Of a DNA stretch of 63,898 nucleotides, positions 55,901 to 62,500 are shown in pieces. This stretch comes from Octopus bimaculoides. Its lineage: Eukaryota. A model generated the notes under the pieces. That model searched no databases. It was not told where the DNA came from and saw only the letters and a list, made by a program, of their open reading frames with translations. Location of the stretch: positions 52,268,895 through 52,332,792 of the forward strand of contig NC_068999.1 in the NCBI RefSeq assembly GCF_001194135.2. Reading direction: 5' to 3'. The position numbers and the translations under genes are program-made. Numbering within the stretch: the first letter of the stretch is position 1; each line of letters opens with the position of its first letter.

Positions 55901-58900
55901 AAAAAAATGAAAAAAATAATATAATAAAAATTTAACATACAAGCATGAAGAATTAATTGAAAATAAATAAAAATATAACTCCCGGTAAGAAAAAAAAGAA
56001 ATTTGAGTAAATAATTTTAATATTACTTGGGTGGAATTATTGATTTTGAATTTTAGCAGATTTACTTTGAACTGTCGTATAACCTCTTAACCAAACATGT
56101 GTGTATGTAGAGAGAGAAAGAGAAGAAGGGGAGAGAAGGAGGGATAGAGAGAGAATGTGTATATGGATATACATGTGTGTGTGTAAGTATATACACACAC
56201 ACTCACACACACATATATATATACGTTTTTACTCTGTTACTTGTTTCAGTCATTTGACTGTGGCCATGCTGGAGCACTGTCTTTATAGTTGAGCAAATCG
56301 ACCCAAGAGCTTATTCTTTGTAAGCTTAGTACTTATTCTATCGGTTTCTTTTGCTGAACTGCTAAGTTGTGGGGACGCAAACACACCAGCATCGGTTGTT
56401 AAGCAATGTTGGGGGGACAAACATACACACAAACATATACACACACACACACACACACACATATATACGACGGGCTTCTTTCAGTTTCCATCTACCAAAT
56501 TCACTCACAAGGCCTTGGCCGGCCCGAGGCTATAGTAGAAGACACTTGTCCAAGGTGCCACGCAGTGGGACTGAACCCGGGACCATGTGGTTGGTAAGCA
56601 AGCCACTTACCATACACCACACATATATTTATATATATTAAATACAAATCCAATAGCCTTTGTCATGATGGCAGCTCTTTTAATTTTAAACCTTATTTCC
56701 CTATAGGAGAATTATGTAATTACTGTAAAGAAACATGCCTGTGTATTGTAATCCAAAGATGACAATTTTGGATGGTAAATTGGTTTCAAATTTTTGCACA
56801 ATTTTCATCTAAATTTATATGAAAATAATAAAATTTTTCAAGTAAATATTTTAATTCAATTTTAACACTAAAATTTTTCATTAAAGGATAAAAGAATCTT
56901 TTTTTTCCTCAATAACTACCAACAAATAAAACCTTGTTTCTAATGGAAATTTTGTACTTCAACAATTTTTTGAAAAGGTATGACAGAACATATCTTAAAA
57001 GTTTGAAGCATGCAAATTTCTTAAAAGACAAAAAGTTGATAAATATTGCAATAAATAATTTGGATTATAGATTTAAAAACAGACATAAAAATATTTACTT
57101 TGACATTTTAATCCCTTTAACAACAATGGACACATGCAAACATCTGGTAGGCTTCCACGGTTTCCATCTACTAAGTTCCACTTACAAGTCACAGGTCAAC
57201 CCAAAGCTATGATAAAAGACACTTTGCCTAAAGTGCCGCACAGTGGGATAGAACCTGAAACCATGTGGTAGCAAAGCAAACTTCTAAACCACACACTTAT
57301 GGTGCATTCATTTGAGTGGTCAATGCCCACAGTATCTAAGTAAGAAACCCTACATGAATGTAATAAGATCCACTACAAGATCCAGTCCTTCTTGTAGTGT
57401 GGTAGCTTGTATGCCTCAATGACCCTGAGAGCTATGCCCGTGAAGTACAAGCTCATATGCTGGACAGGAAGTCAAAGGATAAAATCCAAACTAATGTCGA
57501 CCACATCTTCCCAGAGGTAAAAACAGGCTTGCGCAGGGCCAACACTCCTACCTAGGAAAGAGCTAGGTTACAGAAGCAACAATTGGAAACCAACAAGACC
57601 TGAAAAAGGAAAGAAGTGAAAAGAGACAGCCCAGAGTCAAGAGCAATGGACAAAAAAGAGGAGAGAAGGAGAATGTAATACAACACCAATAAGAAAAACT
57701 TGTAAATGTAAGGAACCAATTGTACAAAATCAAGAGAAAAATTCTGCAATTTTTCAAGGTCATCTTTAGAGTTGTGACGATGCATGGCTCAGTGGTTAGT
57801 GCATCAGGCTCACAATCACGAGGTAGTGAGTTCGATTCCTGGACCAGACTGTGTGTTGTGTTCTTGAGCAAGACACTTTATTTCACGTTGCTCCAGTTCA
57901 CTCAGCTGCAGAAATGAGTTGTGATGACACTGGTGCCAAGCTGTACCAGCCTTTGCCTTTCCCTTGGATAACATCAGTGGCGTGGAGAGAGGAGACTGGT
58001 ATGCATGGGCAATTGCTGGTCTTCCATAAACAACCTTGCCCAGACTTATGCCCCGGAGGAGAACTTTCTAGATGCAATCTCATGGTCATTCATGACCAAA
58101 AGGGATTTTTTTTACCTTTACCTCTTTATTTTTAGAATCAGAATCACTTCACATATGCAGATAAAATGACAGAGAGAAAAAAAAAATGTNNNNNNNNNNN
58201 NNNNNNNNNNNNNNNNNNNNNNNNNNNNNNNNNNNNNNNNNNNNNNNNNNNNNNNNNNNNNNNNNNNNNNNNNNNNNNNNNNNNNNNNNNNNNNNNNNNN
58301 NNNNNNNNNNNNNNNNNNNNNNNNNNNNNNNNNNNNNNNNNNNNNNNNNNNNNNNNNNNNNNNNNNNNNNNNNNNNNNNNNNNNNNNNNNNNNNNNNNNN
58401 NNNNNNNNNNNNNNNNNNNNNNNNNNNNNNNNNNNNNNNNNNNNNNNNNNNNNNNNNNNNNNNNNNNNNNNNNNNNNNNNNNNNNNNNNNNNNNNNNNNN
58501 NNNNNNNNNNNNNNNNNNNNNNNNNNNNNNNNNNNNNNNNNNNNNNNNNNNNNNNNNNNNNNNNNNNNNNNNNNNNNNNNNNNNNNNNNNNNNNNNNNNN
58601 NNNNNNNNNNNNNNNNNNNNNNNNNNNNNNNNNNNNNNNNNNNNNNNNNNNNNNNNNNNNNNNNNNNNNNNNCTTTACTCTTTTACTTGTTTCAGTCATT
58701 TGACTGCGGCCATGCTGGAGCACCGCCTTTAGTCGAGCAAATTGACCCCGGGACTTATTCTTTGTAAGCCTAGTACTTATTCTATCGGTCTCTTTTTGCC
58801 GAACCGCTAAGTGATGGGGACATAAACACACCAGCATTGGTTGTCAAGCAATGCTAGGAGGACAAACACAGACAATAAATCTTCGCAAGCTGAGTTTTGT

Positions 58901-61900
58901 GTCCAATGAAGGAGACGACGTTGGCACGGGTGCCAGTTGTCAAATTTAGTTCAATTTCACTTGCCTCAACAAGTCTTCGCAAGCAGAGTTTAGTGTCCAA
59001 TGTAGGAAAGGTACGTATAAGTGGGCTGGCTACACCCCTGGCAGAGGCCTTGCATGCAGAATGAAATACAAGGCATTATTTATAAGACATACACTACAAA
59101 CAACTGACGCATGCTGGAGGAATGTACTTATAGAAGGGATAAACCAAGAGAGGCTTAGAATAAAGTAGTTAGATTAGACACAATAAGGTTCAAAATACTG
59201 AGCCTCACAGGATCAAGATGCAAAGAATATGTCAGTATGGACGGCAGACATGAAATGGTGGTGATGATGATGATATACNNNNNNNNNNCATCAATGGTCG
59301 GGCAGAGACCGTGTCAGTCGACAGGCTTAAAAAGGCACATTTTGAGGTGCCCACACCTGTCAACAACACCCCAGCCATGCCCACTTTTGATCCTTTACAA
59401 CCACCTACACACCCACCTTTGACCACACCATCACTTTCACCTTCGTCGCCACGACCTAACACAAACAAACTCTATGTCACCAGGACAGGCTGCACTGTGC
59501 ATTGGCCCCAAAAACTCACCACAACTATTTACATCTAACAACCTTTTCTCCTGTGACAGACAATTGTTTTCTAGTGTGCTGAATAATTCCAATGTTTTGC
59601 CATTTTGTGCATGCTCCTTTTATATTGCTTGTAATTATTTCCTCTTGATGTATCACATCTTGTTTGCGATCGGTTACCATCTTTGCTCTTTTCTTGTGCC
59701 TGCTCCAGTCATTCTAATTTCACACTAGTGTTCACAGAGGGCAGCCCCTGTAGTGAGGCACAAGAAGCCAGTGCCATTTTCAATGAGATCTTGCTGGTAG
59801 CCATTACCATGTCCGAGACAAGAACGAGATCTCACCTGCAACCATTTGCCATGTGTGAGACGACAATGAGGCTCTTGCCAGCAACCAGTAATTAAGCTGG
59901 AGAATAAGACATTCTCTCTCTCATTCCTTCTCGCGCTTACGCTGAGAAACACTGTGAAACCAGCAGCTCACAGCGGACCCTTGTCCTGCTCTAACTCCGC
60001 ATGCTTATCTCCAGAGGTAATGAACCTCAAGTGTACAGAGCTATAACAAACCACATGCTGCCATGAAGATGGTCTCTGAGAGCGAACCACATGACCGAGA
60101 ACTCTGTAAATAAACAGCTATTGAACTGTACTCCACTTGTGAACTTCTACGTGTTTCAGATCCTTGAAGCTACAAAAATAATTACAATGGGAAAAGGAGA
60201 TACTCCACAGGTATCATAAACCTTCCATTCCATTATAGATGTAAACACACAGTGACAAACTGGGAGACACTATATATACATATATATATATAAATATAGA
60301 TATATACACACACACACACACACGATAAACTTCTTTTAGTTTCTGTCTCCCAAATCCACTCACAAGGGTTTGGTTATAGTAGAAGACGCCTGCCCAAAGT
60401 GCCACGCATTGGGACTGAACCCAAGACCATGTGGTTGGGAAGCAANNNNNNNNNNCCTGTGCCTATAAAATTTTTTTTTTTTTTTTTTTTTCCAGATAGA
60501 ATTGAAACTATTCGTTATGCAGAATTTGACAGTTCAACTAATCTCTCAAATCCATTACAATAATCTAATTGGTTTACTGAAAGTGTTTATTTGCCGATTT
60601 GAAATGAACATTTTTGTCGCATCTGTTTCATTTCTTTAAGTACATTCAGCAAACCAAATATAACAAATTGCGACTTCATTGCTCGACCTCCAAGAAATAA
60701 CTGACAAATGTGGTTAAAACCAGCTTAAATGGGGCAAAAAAAAAAGTGGGGACACATGGCCAGGATGGTTACAGCTGCAACACTTCTAACAGGATTAAAT
60801 TGGAGCTAAACACTAGCGATACCTTTACACTTTAGCCTTAAATAGTAAAGCTACCAACATCGTATCTCTCGCAGAGTCACTATCTCAAAGCGTTTCATAA
60901 CATGATACATCAAGGAATTAGCAGAATTGTTTTTAAAAAATTATTTAATCAGAGACCAAACAATTATTAATATTTCGAATTATTTTTGTTGTCAAACGAA
61001 TTATTTCTCGAGTTTACATTATGATCGGCTATAATAAACAAACATAAAAAAACTATGTATATTTTCGTCAGTTTTATAGCATTCTTTAGATACATCTTTT
61101 CTTATATTCAAAGGAATTATACAATGCATTCTGTTTGTGTTGATTAAGGGTTAGGGTTTTTCCAGTTGTGCCGACAATTTATTTCTAATTAAAAAAATTC
61201 CAAGAAGTCGTAATAACAAATGTAAACAGCAAATTCGGAACACAATTACTTCCCTCGACCATGACATCACCATTTTAAAGATACACGGTAAAGTTAGGCC
61301 CAAATGAATCTAGATGTGGAAGGAAATATTTCCACTTAAATAAATGGGGAAGACTGGTTTAATGAGGGAGTAAAATATTTCCCGCCGACCCTGGAGCAGA
61401 CAAAAGAAATGAAGGAGAACCCAAATATTAAATGTTCATTAGTCGCTAACACTATCGAAATCAAATTCATTGAGTAAATACAAATTACTATCGTCCCGTC
61501 GGTGTTTTAATTAGGAACGAATTTAACTTTTAAACTGGATAATTCCTTTTTAGTTCGAGCGTCTTCGCCCCATTGAACATTTAGGGAAATTCAACGAAAT
61601 TACCACATTTACAAGACAACCTAATAATAACGTGGGTCTTAAATTATTAATTCTATATCTGCAAATTCTTAGAGGTGCCAGAATAAAAAGTAACGTGAGA
61701 TGTCGCAGATTAAGTTCTATGATTTGAGGAACATAGCAATAATTAAGAAACAAAAGGTTACAAAAAAAGGACCCTTCGCAATTCTTAATGATACAGTACT
61801 TCAGTCGTTTCGTATACAACACCAGTCTTTAAACTTATTCTGTTTATTCAGTTAGGAAAACAAATGTTGTAAATGCAAACGATTTATAGGAAAATTGTCG

Positions 61901-62318
61901 CTGCTAACATATATAGTATCATTATGGGATGAAAGAAAGAATTTTAAATTGTCAATGACGGTAGAAATAAAGTGAAATAAAATAGGTCTCCGCTCTAACC
62001 AAAGAAGGATGTTTTGTAAATAATATTAGGGAGAGAAGAATTAGTTGGTATGTATGTCATGTAATGTAATAAGTGTCTCTGTCTAACTACGAAATAAAAG
62101 TAATGCGACCGTGTGTAACGAGCTACAAGTCATTCTGTAAACATTAGACGAGACGACCAGAGAGATTTAAGAGAGAAGCTTTTGTAAGAGGTCTGGTGAA
62201 TATATCTACTGAAGCTATAAATGAAATAAAGTACAATGTTCCGAAATGTTAGCAAGAAATAAGGGATTTTAGATTTAGATGCCAGGAAATACTCACTTAA
62301 ATCATCTTCGCCCGACAT
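479..62318 (-). CDS. ECPAS: Proteasome adapter and scaffold protein ECM29 (HEAT-repeat), multi-exon gene; 3' end runs off the left edge, two internal parts hidden/missing
   Basis: 46 complete GT-AG exons spliced by hand with consistent phases. Peptides such as [77 protein letters not shown] and [50 protein letters not shown] are collinear with vertebrate ECM29 as I recall it. Confidence 0.96.
1536..1633 (-). CDS. ECPAS: ECPAS coding exon
   Basis: cag|98 nt|gtgagt; [32 protein letters not shown](G). Confidence 0.9.
2250..2355 (-). CDS. ECPAS: ECPAS coding exon
   Basis: cag|106 nt|gtgagt; [34 protein letters not shown](R). Confidence 0.93.
3332..3455 (-). CDS. ECPAS: ECPAS coding exon
   Basis: tag|124 nt|gtaaga; [41 protein letters not shown](T). 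Confidence 0.93.
4280..4872 (+). mobile_element. CR1/L2-clade LINE reverse-transcriptase C-terminal fragment (5'-truncated, stop/frameshift near 4597)
   Basis: [21 protein letters not shown]...[18 protein letters not shown].. then [57 protein letters not shown], the canonical CR1 post-RT motifs. Confidence 0.88.
5077..5223 (-). CDS. ECPAS: ECPAS coding exon
   Basis: tag|147 nt|gtaagt; [49 protein letters not shown]. Confidence 0.94.
6681..6735 (-). CDS. ECPAS: ECPAS coding exon
   Basis: cag|55 nt|gttagt; [18 protein letters not shown]; phases bridge neighbouring exons exactly. Confidence 0.85.
8143..8186 (-). CDS. ECPAS: ECPAS coding exon
   Basis: tag|44 nt|gtaagt; [14 protein letters not shown](K). 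Confidence 0.9.
9168..9379 (-). CDS. ECPAS: ECPAS coding exon
   Basis: cag|212 nt|gtctga; [70 protein letters not shown]. Confidence 0.95.
9431..9672. repeat. Degenerate ~38-40 bp minisatellite, ~6 units
   Basis: Consensus approx. atttacatcagtgccctgtcaatacaaaacccttttct. Confidence 0.75.
10188..10241 (-). CDS. ECPAS: ECPAS coding exon
   Basis: cag|54 nt|gtaagt; [17 protein letters not shown](G). Confidence 0.93.
10501..10638 (-). CDS. ECPAS: ECPAS coding exon
   Basis: cag|138 nt|gtaaat; [45 protein letters not shown](D). Confidence 0.95.
11636..11699 (-). CDS. ECPAS: ECPAS coding exon
   Basis: tag|64 nt|gtaagt; [21 protein letters not shown](D). Confidence 0.95.
12378..12900 (-). mobile_element. 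RTE-clade LINE 3' fragment, degenerate
   Basis: Minus strand [54 protein letters not shown], the typical RTE RT C-terminus (RLRWxGHVxRM...GRP..W); same UTR as 1-318. Confidence 0.8.
12996..13087 (-). CDS. ECPAS: ECPAS coding exon
   Basis: tag|92 nt|gtaagt; [30 protein letters not shown]. Confidence 0.95.
13389..13606 (+). mobile_element. piggyBac-type MITE (~220 bp)
   Basis: TTAA|CCCTTTAGCATT ... (decayed) AAAGG|TTAA; same family at 19150-19369, 27742-27957, 31672-32220 (split), partial ~1248-1438 and ~38572-38752. Confidence 0.78.
13900..13966 (-). CDS. ECPAS: ECPAS coding exon
   Basis: cag|67 nt|gtatgt; [22 protein letters not shown](G). Confidence 0.95.
14138..14227 (-). CDS. ECPAS: ECPAS coding exon
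   Basis: cag|90 nt|gttagt; [30 protein letters not shown]. Confidence 0.95.
14794..14853 (-). CDS. ECPAS: ECPAS coding exon
   Basis: tag|60 nt|gtaagt; [20 protein letters not shown]. Confidence 0.94.
15431..15596 (-). CDS. ECPAS: ECPAS coding exon
   Basis: cag|166 nt|gtaagt; [55 protein letters not shown]. Confidence 0.96.
16425..16546 (-). CDS. ECPAS: ECPAS coding exon
   Basis: cag|122 nt|gtatgt; [40 protein letters not shown](G). Confidence 0.93.
16978..17025 (-). CDS. ECPAS: ECPAS coding exon
   Basis: cag|48 nt|gtaagg; [16 protein letters not shown]. Confidence 0.93.
17172..17345 (-). mobile_element. RTE-X/RTE-like LINE C-terminal fragment
   Basis: Minus frame [46 protein letters not shown] matches the xPxHG..GRP..YIxQL..D....DRxxWR pattern. 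Confidence 0.55.
18326..18431 (-). CDS. ECPAS: ECPAS coding exon
   Basis: cag|106 nt|gtaatt; [35 protein letters not shown]. Confidence 0.95.
18599..18678 (-). CDS. ECPAS: ECPAS coding exon
   Basis: cag|80 nt|gtaaat; [26 protein letters not shown](C). Confidence 0.95.
18748..19080 (+). mobile_element. R4/Dong-like non-LTR retrotransposon 3' end (restriction-like endonuclease C-terminus + 3' UTR + (AATCA)n tail)
   Basis: [46 protein letters not shown]...[11 protein letters not shown], the REL-domain EKxxKY..L..EI..W..VVPIIIGALG motif; frameshift and stop present. Confidence 0.8.
19081..19541 (+). mobile_element. R4/Dong-like internal fragment (pre-zinc-knuckle region) interrupted by a piggyBac-type MITE
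   Basis: After removing 19150-19373: [74 protein letters not shown] (WxxKxxHGQ...[16 protein letters not shown] motif). Confidence 0.8.
19150..19369 (+). mobile_element. piggyBac-type MITE, TTAA duplication demonstrable
   Basis: TTAA|CCCTTTAGCATT...GAATGCCAAAGGG|TTAA; excision restores the host R4/Dong reading frame. Confidence 0.85.
20060..20230 (-). CDS. ECPAS: ECPAS coding exon
   Basis: cag|171 nt|gtaagt; [57 protein letters not shown]. Confidence 0.97.
20400..20526. mobile_element. Tc1/mariner-type MITE (127 bp)
   Basis: TIR cagggtgtccacaaagtctgg(c/g)tacatg at both ends; left TA flank; half copy at 321-376. Confidence 0.8.
20700..20817 (-). CDS. ECPAS: ECPAS coding exon
   Basis: tag|118 nt|gtaaag; [39 protein letters not shown]. 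Confidence 0.97.
22382..22450 (-). CDS. ECPAS: ECPAS coding exon
   Basis: tag|69 nt|gtaaga; [22 protein letters not shown](G). Confidence 0.93.
22790..22904 (-). CDS. ECPAS: ECPAS coding exon
   Basis: cag|115 nt|gtaagt; [37 protein letters not shown](R). Confidence 0.95.
23218..23332 (-). CDS. ECPAS: ECPAS coding exon
   Basis: cag|115 nt|gtaagt; [38 protein letters not shown](E). Confidence 0.95.
24080..24395 (-). mobile_element. RTE-clade LINE 3' end (young-looking copy) next to (TA)n
   Basis: Reverse complement of 1-318 including ORF tail (ttggcttgccgggtcttctcacgcacagca); small N-gap inside. Confidence 0.8.
24973..25065 (-). CDS. ECPAS: ECPAS coding exon
   Basis: cag|93 nt|gtttgt; [31 protein letters not shown]. 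Confidence 0.92.
25298..25411 (-). CDS. ECPAS: ECPAS coding exon
   Basis: cag|114 nt|gtgagt; [38 protein letters not shown]. Confidence 0.94.
25581..25682 (-). CDS. ECPAS: ECPAS coding exon
   Basis: tag|102 nt|gtattt; [34 protein letters not shown]. Confidence 0.94.
25906..26501 (+). mobile_element. mariner transposase pseudogene (catalytic domain + right TIR)
   Basis: [31 protein letters not shown]...LQQHNTRP...[39 protein letters not shown]: degenerate [26 protein letters not shown] motifs; in-frame stops. Confidence 0.9.
26539..26790 (+). mobile_element. tRNA-derived SINE, family 3 (CORE-like central domain)
   Basis: A-box tggcttagtgg, B-box gtttcgattcc, then gttcttgagcaaaacacttcatttcacgttgctccagtccactcagctg..aaatgagt; copies ~57778-58100 (+), ~2535-2812 (-), ~32770-33150 (-). 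Confidence 0.72.
26842..27242 (-). CDS. ECPAS: ECPAS coding exon(s) mostly hidden in N-gap 26887-27238
   Basis: Acceptor ...ttaacag|AATA enters the gap at 27242-27239; [15 protein letters not shown]|gttggt exits at 26886-26842 in phase 0, matching the next exon. Confidence 0.72.
27501..28032. mobile_element. hAT-type MITE with nested piggyBac-type MITE (27742-27957)
   Basis: TIR cagtggttctcaac...gctgagaaccactg; flanks atataaac/atatgaag (decayed 8-bp TSD). Confidence 0.75.
28102..28211 (-). CDS. ECPAS: ECPAS coding exon
   Basis: cag|110 nt|gtatgc; [36 protein letters not shown](I). Confidence 0.9.
28752..28886 (-). CDS. ECPAS: ECPAS coding exon
   Basis: tag|135 nt|gtaagt; [45 protein letters not shown]. 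Confidence 0.91.
29275..29490 (+). mobile_element. tRNA-derived SINE, family 2 (octopus OR-like; name from memory)
   Basis: ggcggtggctggcagaatcgttagcac..gagttcaaattccacc..actttgcctttcatc..ataagtaccagttga..ggccttgtgccaaaatttgaa; other copies ~5655-5870, 27265-27460, 29723-29900, 36180-36300, 46990-47200. Confidence 0.8.
30048..30139 (-). CDS. ECPAS: ECPAS coding exon
   Basis: tag|92 nt|gtgagc; [30 protein letters not shown]. Confidence 0.94.
30396..30615 (-). CDS. ECPAS: ECPAS coding exon
   Basis: cag|220 nt|gtaaga; [73 protein letters not shown](D). Confidence 0.95.
30733..31066. mobile_element. hAT-type MITE
   Basis: ccgtggttctcaactgggg...aaaaatggctgagaatctcca; 8-bp flanks ccctaaat/ctctaaat. 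Confidence 0.75.
32261..32341 (-). CDS. ECPAS: ECPAS coding exon
   Basis: tag|81 nt|gtaagt; [27 protein letters not shown]. Confidence 0.92.
33441..33567 (-). CDS. ECPAS: ECPAS coding exon
   Basis: cag|127 nt|gtacat; [42 protein letters not shown]. Confidence 0.93.
34295..34398 (-). CDS. ECPAS: ECPAS coding exon
   Basis: cag|104 nt|gtaagt; [34 protein letters not shown](V). Confidence 0.95.
34826..34948 (-). CDS. ECPAS: ECPAS coding exon
   Basis: tag|123 nt|gtatct; [41 protein letters not shown]. Confidence 0.93.
35401..35517 (-). CDS. ECPAS: ECPAS coding exon
   Basis: cag|117 nt|gtatgt; [39 protein letters not shown]. Confidence 0.94.
35596..35991. mobile_element. Fold-back (near-fully palindromic) non-autonomous element
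   Basis: Left arm ttgtgtcttgggagaatcattatgccaatattaataac...ttattagtcagttcgttaaatatc pairs with right arm gatatttaaccaactgactaataa...gttattaatattggcataatgactttccaaagacacaa; inner caaagttctttt/aaagaactttg also pair. Confidence 0.8.
36505..36580 (-). CDS. ECPAS: ECPAS coding exon
   Basis: cag|76 nt|gtaaat; [25 protein letters not shown]. Confidence 0.9.
36894..37430. mobile_element. Long-TIR (~130 bp, imperfect) non-autonomous DNA element
   Basis: tggaatcctggcttaagcacccca...ttaattttcagaaaatttttgaaaattt vs aaatttgcaaaaattttctgaaaatt...tggggtgcttaaatcagaactcca; no TSD recognised. Confidence 0.72.
38813..39046. mobile_element. hAT-type MITE (internally deleted)
   Basis: caatggttcttgac...aaaaatggttaagaaccactg; 8-bp flanks atctatcc/atctgtcc. 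Confidence 0.72.
39346..39431 (-). CDS. ECPAS: ECPAS coding exon
   Basis: tag|86 nt|gtaagt; [28 protein letters not shown](N). Confidence 0.93.
39915..40030. repeat. Perfect 116-bp palindrome (no spacer); second copy 39708-39815 truncated by gap
   Basis: 58-nt arm tataaaagataataagagtgaaaaaactacagaaggcttgtgttacatggttaaagta followed immediately by its exact reverse complement. Confidence 0.95.
40887..41006 (-). CDS. ECPAS: ECPAS coding exon
   Basis: aag|120 nt|gtaggc; [40 protein letters not shown]. Confidence 0.94.
41434..41512 (-). CDS. ECPAS: ECPAS coding exon
   Basis: cag|79 nt|gtaagt; [26 protein letters not shown]. Confidence 0.92.
41764..42054. mobile_element. Second, diverged member of the same fold-back family
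   Basis: gggagggttattacgtcaataataaaaccatgcact vs agtgcatgtgtttatcattggcataatgaccctccc; inner catttggtcaatc..tttgtcaga vs tctgacaaa..gattgaccaaaatg. Confidence 0.7.
42448..42489 (-). CDS. ECPAS: ECPAS coding exon
   Basis: tag|42 nt|gtaagt; [13 protein letters not shown](G). Confidence 0.92.
42971..43492 (+). mobile_element. Internally deleted mariner element with both TIRs and TA target duplication
   Basis: TA|tgaggggcatttcagaagttttgagacattttc ... gaaaaagtctagaagctttcagaaagcacctca|TA; C-terminal [35 protein letters not shown]...KGSYFED*. Confidence 0.9.
43709..43930 (-). CDS. ECPAS: ECPAS coding exon
   Basis: cag|222 nt|gtaagg; [73 protein letters not shown](S). Confidence 0.95.
43955..44200. 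repeat. Compound (TA)n/(CA)n microsatellite tract; many similar tracts throughout
   Basis: Directly visible; others e.g. 18529-18564, 24604-24668, 24773-24836 (GA)n, 52930-52979 (TC)n, 63617-63726 (TATG)n/(CA)n. Confidence 0.95.
44976..45125 (-). CDS. ECPAS: ECPAS coding exon
   Basis: cag|150 nt|gtaagt; [49 protein letters not shown](N). Confidence 0.95.
46462..46580 (-). CDS. ECPAS: ECPAS coding exon
   Basis: cag|119 nt|gtatgt; [39 protein letters not shown](S). Confidence 0.95.
48942..49512 (-). mobile_element. RTE-clade LINE 3' fragment, degenerate
   Basis: Closely similar to 12378-12900 (cagcaaatcacctcacctcccagccccttg...tccttccacaggttccctc..caattagagc); ends in (cat)n tail. Confidence 0.8.
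56462..56618 (-). mobile_element. tRNA-derived SINE, family 1 (octopus OK-like; name from memory), well-preserved copy
   Basis: Head with A/B-box-like gtggtaag..ccaaccacatggtcccgggttcagtcccactgcgtggcaccttggac; other copies ~630-790, 3970-4138, 7270-7440, 8840-9005, 10940-11115, 21120-21290, 38205-38355, 45265-45420, 49600-49760, 49827-49982, 52140-52300, 55250-55410, 57140-57300, 60325-60445; usually abutting (TG/CA)n or (TA)n. Confidence 0.8.
57392..57575 (+). mobile_element. Probable RTE LINE 5'-region relic
   Basis: gtggtagcttgtatgcctcaatgaccctgagagctatgccc...ggacaggaagtcaaagg...ggcttgcgcagggccaacactcctacc resembles RTE 5' UTRs as I remember them; not searched. Confidence 0.45.
58673..58875. 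mobile_element. Abundant SINE-like repeat (ttacttgtttcagtcatttgactgcggccatgctggagcacc... family)
   Basis: Recurs at ~20905-21110, 37745-37910, 42110-42320, 51665-51860, 56225-56440. Confidence 0.7.
59290..60174 (+). mobile_element. Ty3/Gypsy LTR retrotransposon 3' portion: integrase tail, 3' UTR, PPT, complete 3' LTR
   Basis: 59290-59538 [18 protein letters not shown]...[15 protein letters not shown] (VSxDRLKxA / TRxGRxVxWP pattern); purine-rich acagagggcag before LTR; LTR 59749-60174 bounded by TGTAG...CTACA with AATAAA at 60109. Confidence 0.85.
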
Positions 62319-62500
62319 CGAAATTTCACTTTTATGAAATGGTAAAGTTAACTTCTGCTAAGAGATACAAACCGTAAACGGATTCTTACAAACACACGAC
62401 TGTTGCAAAAGTACCGAAAATGAGTCTGACTGTTGTAAATCCTAAGCATGTAAACCGTACAAGGCTTAATCTGCGGTTTGTGTTATTTACTCCCTCTGAA
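60500..62500. promoter_or_regulatory. CpG-enriched, repeat-poor region around the ECPAS start exon (probable promoter/5' region)
   Basis: By eye, CG dinucleotides are much more frequent than in the downstream introns and TEs are largely absent after ~60460; not quantified. Confidence 0.5.
62297..62318 (-). CDS. ECPAS: ECPAS start-codon exon (coding part)
   Basis: ATG TCG GGC GAA GAT GAT TTA A|GTGAGT = MSGEDDL, phase-1 consensus donor; resembles the short acidic N-terminus preceding the conserved LERVFLR block; CpG-rich surroundings. Confidence 0.72.

Noticed and set aside
56707-56774. Plus-strand pseudo-exon (strong acceptor ccttatttccctatag, donor gtaaat)
   Set aside because: Stops in all three frames and no partner exons; such signals are common by chance in AT-rich DNA.
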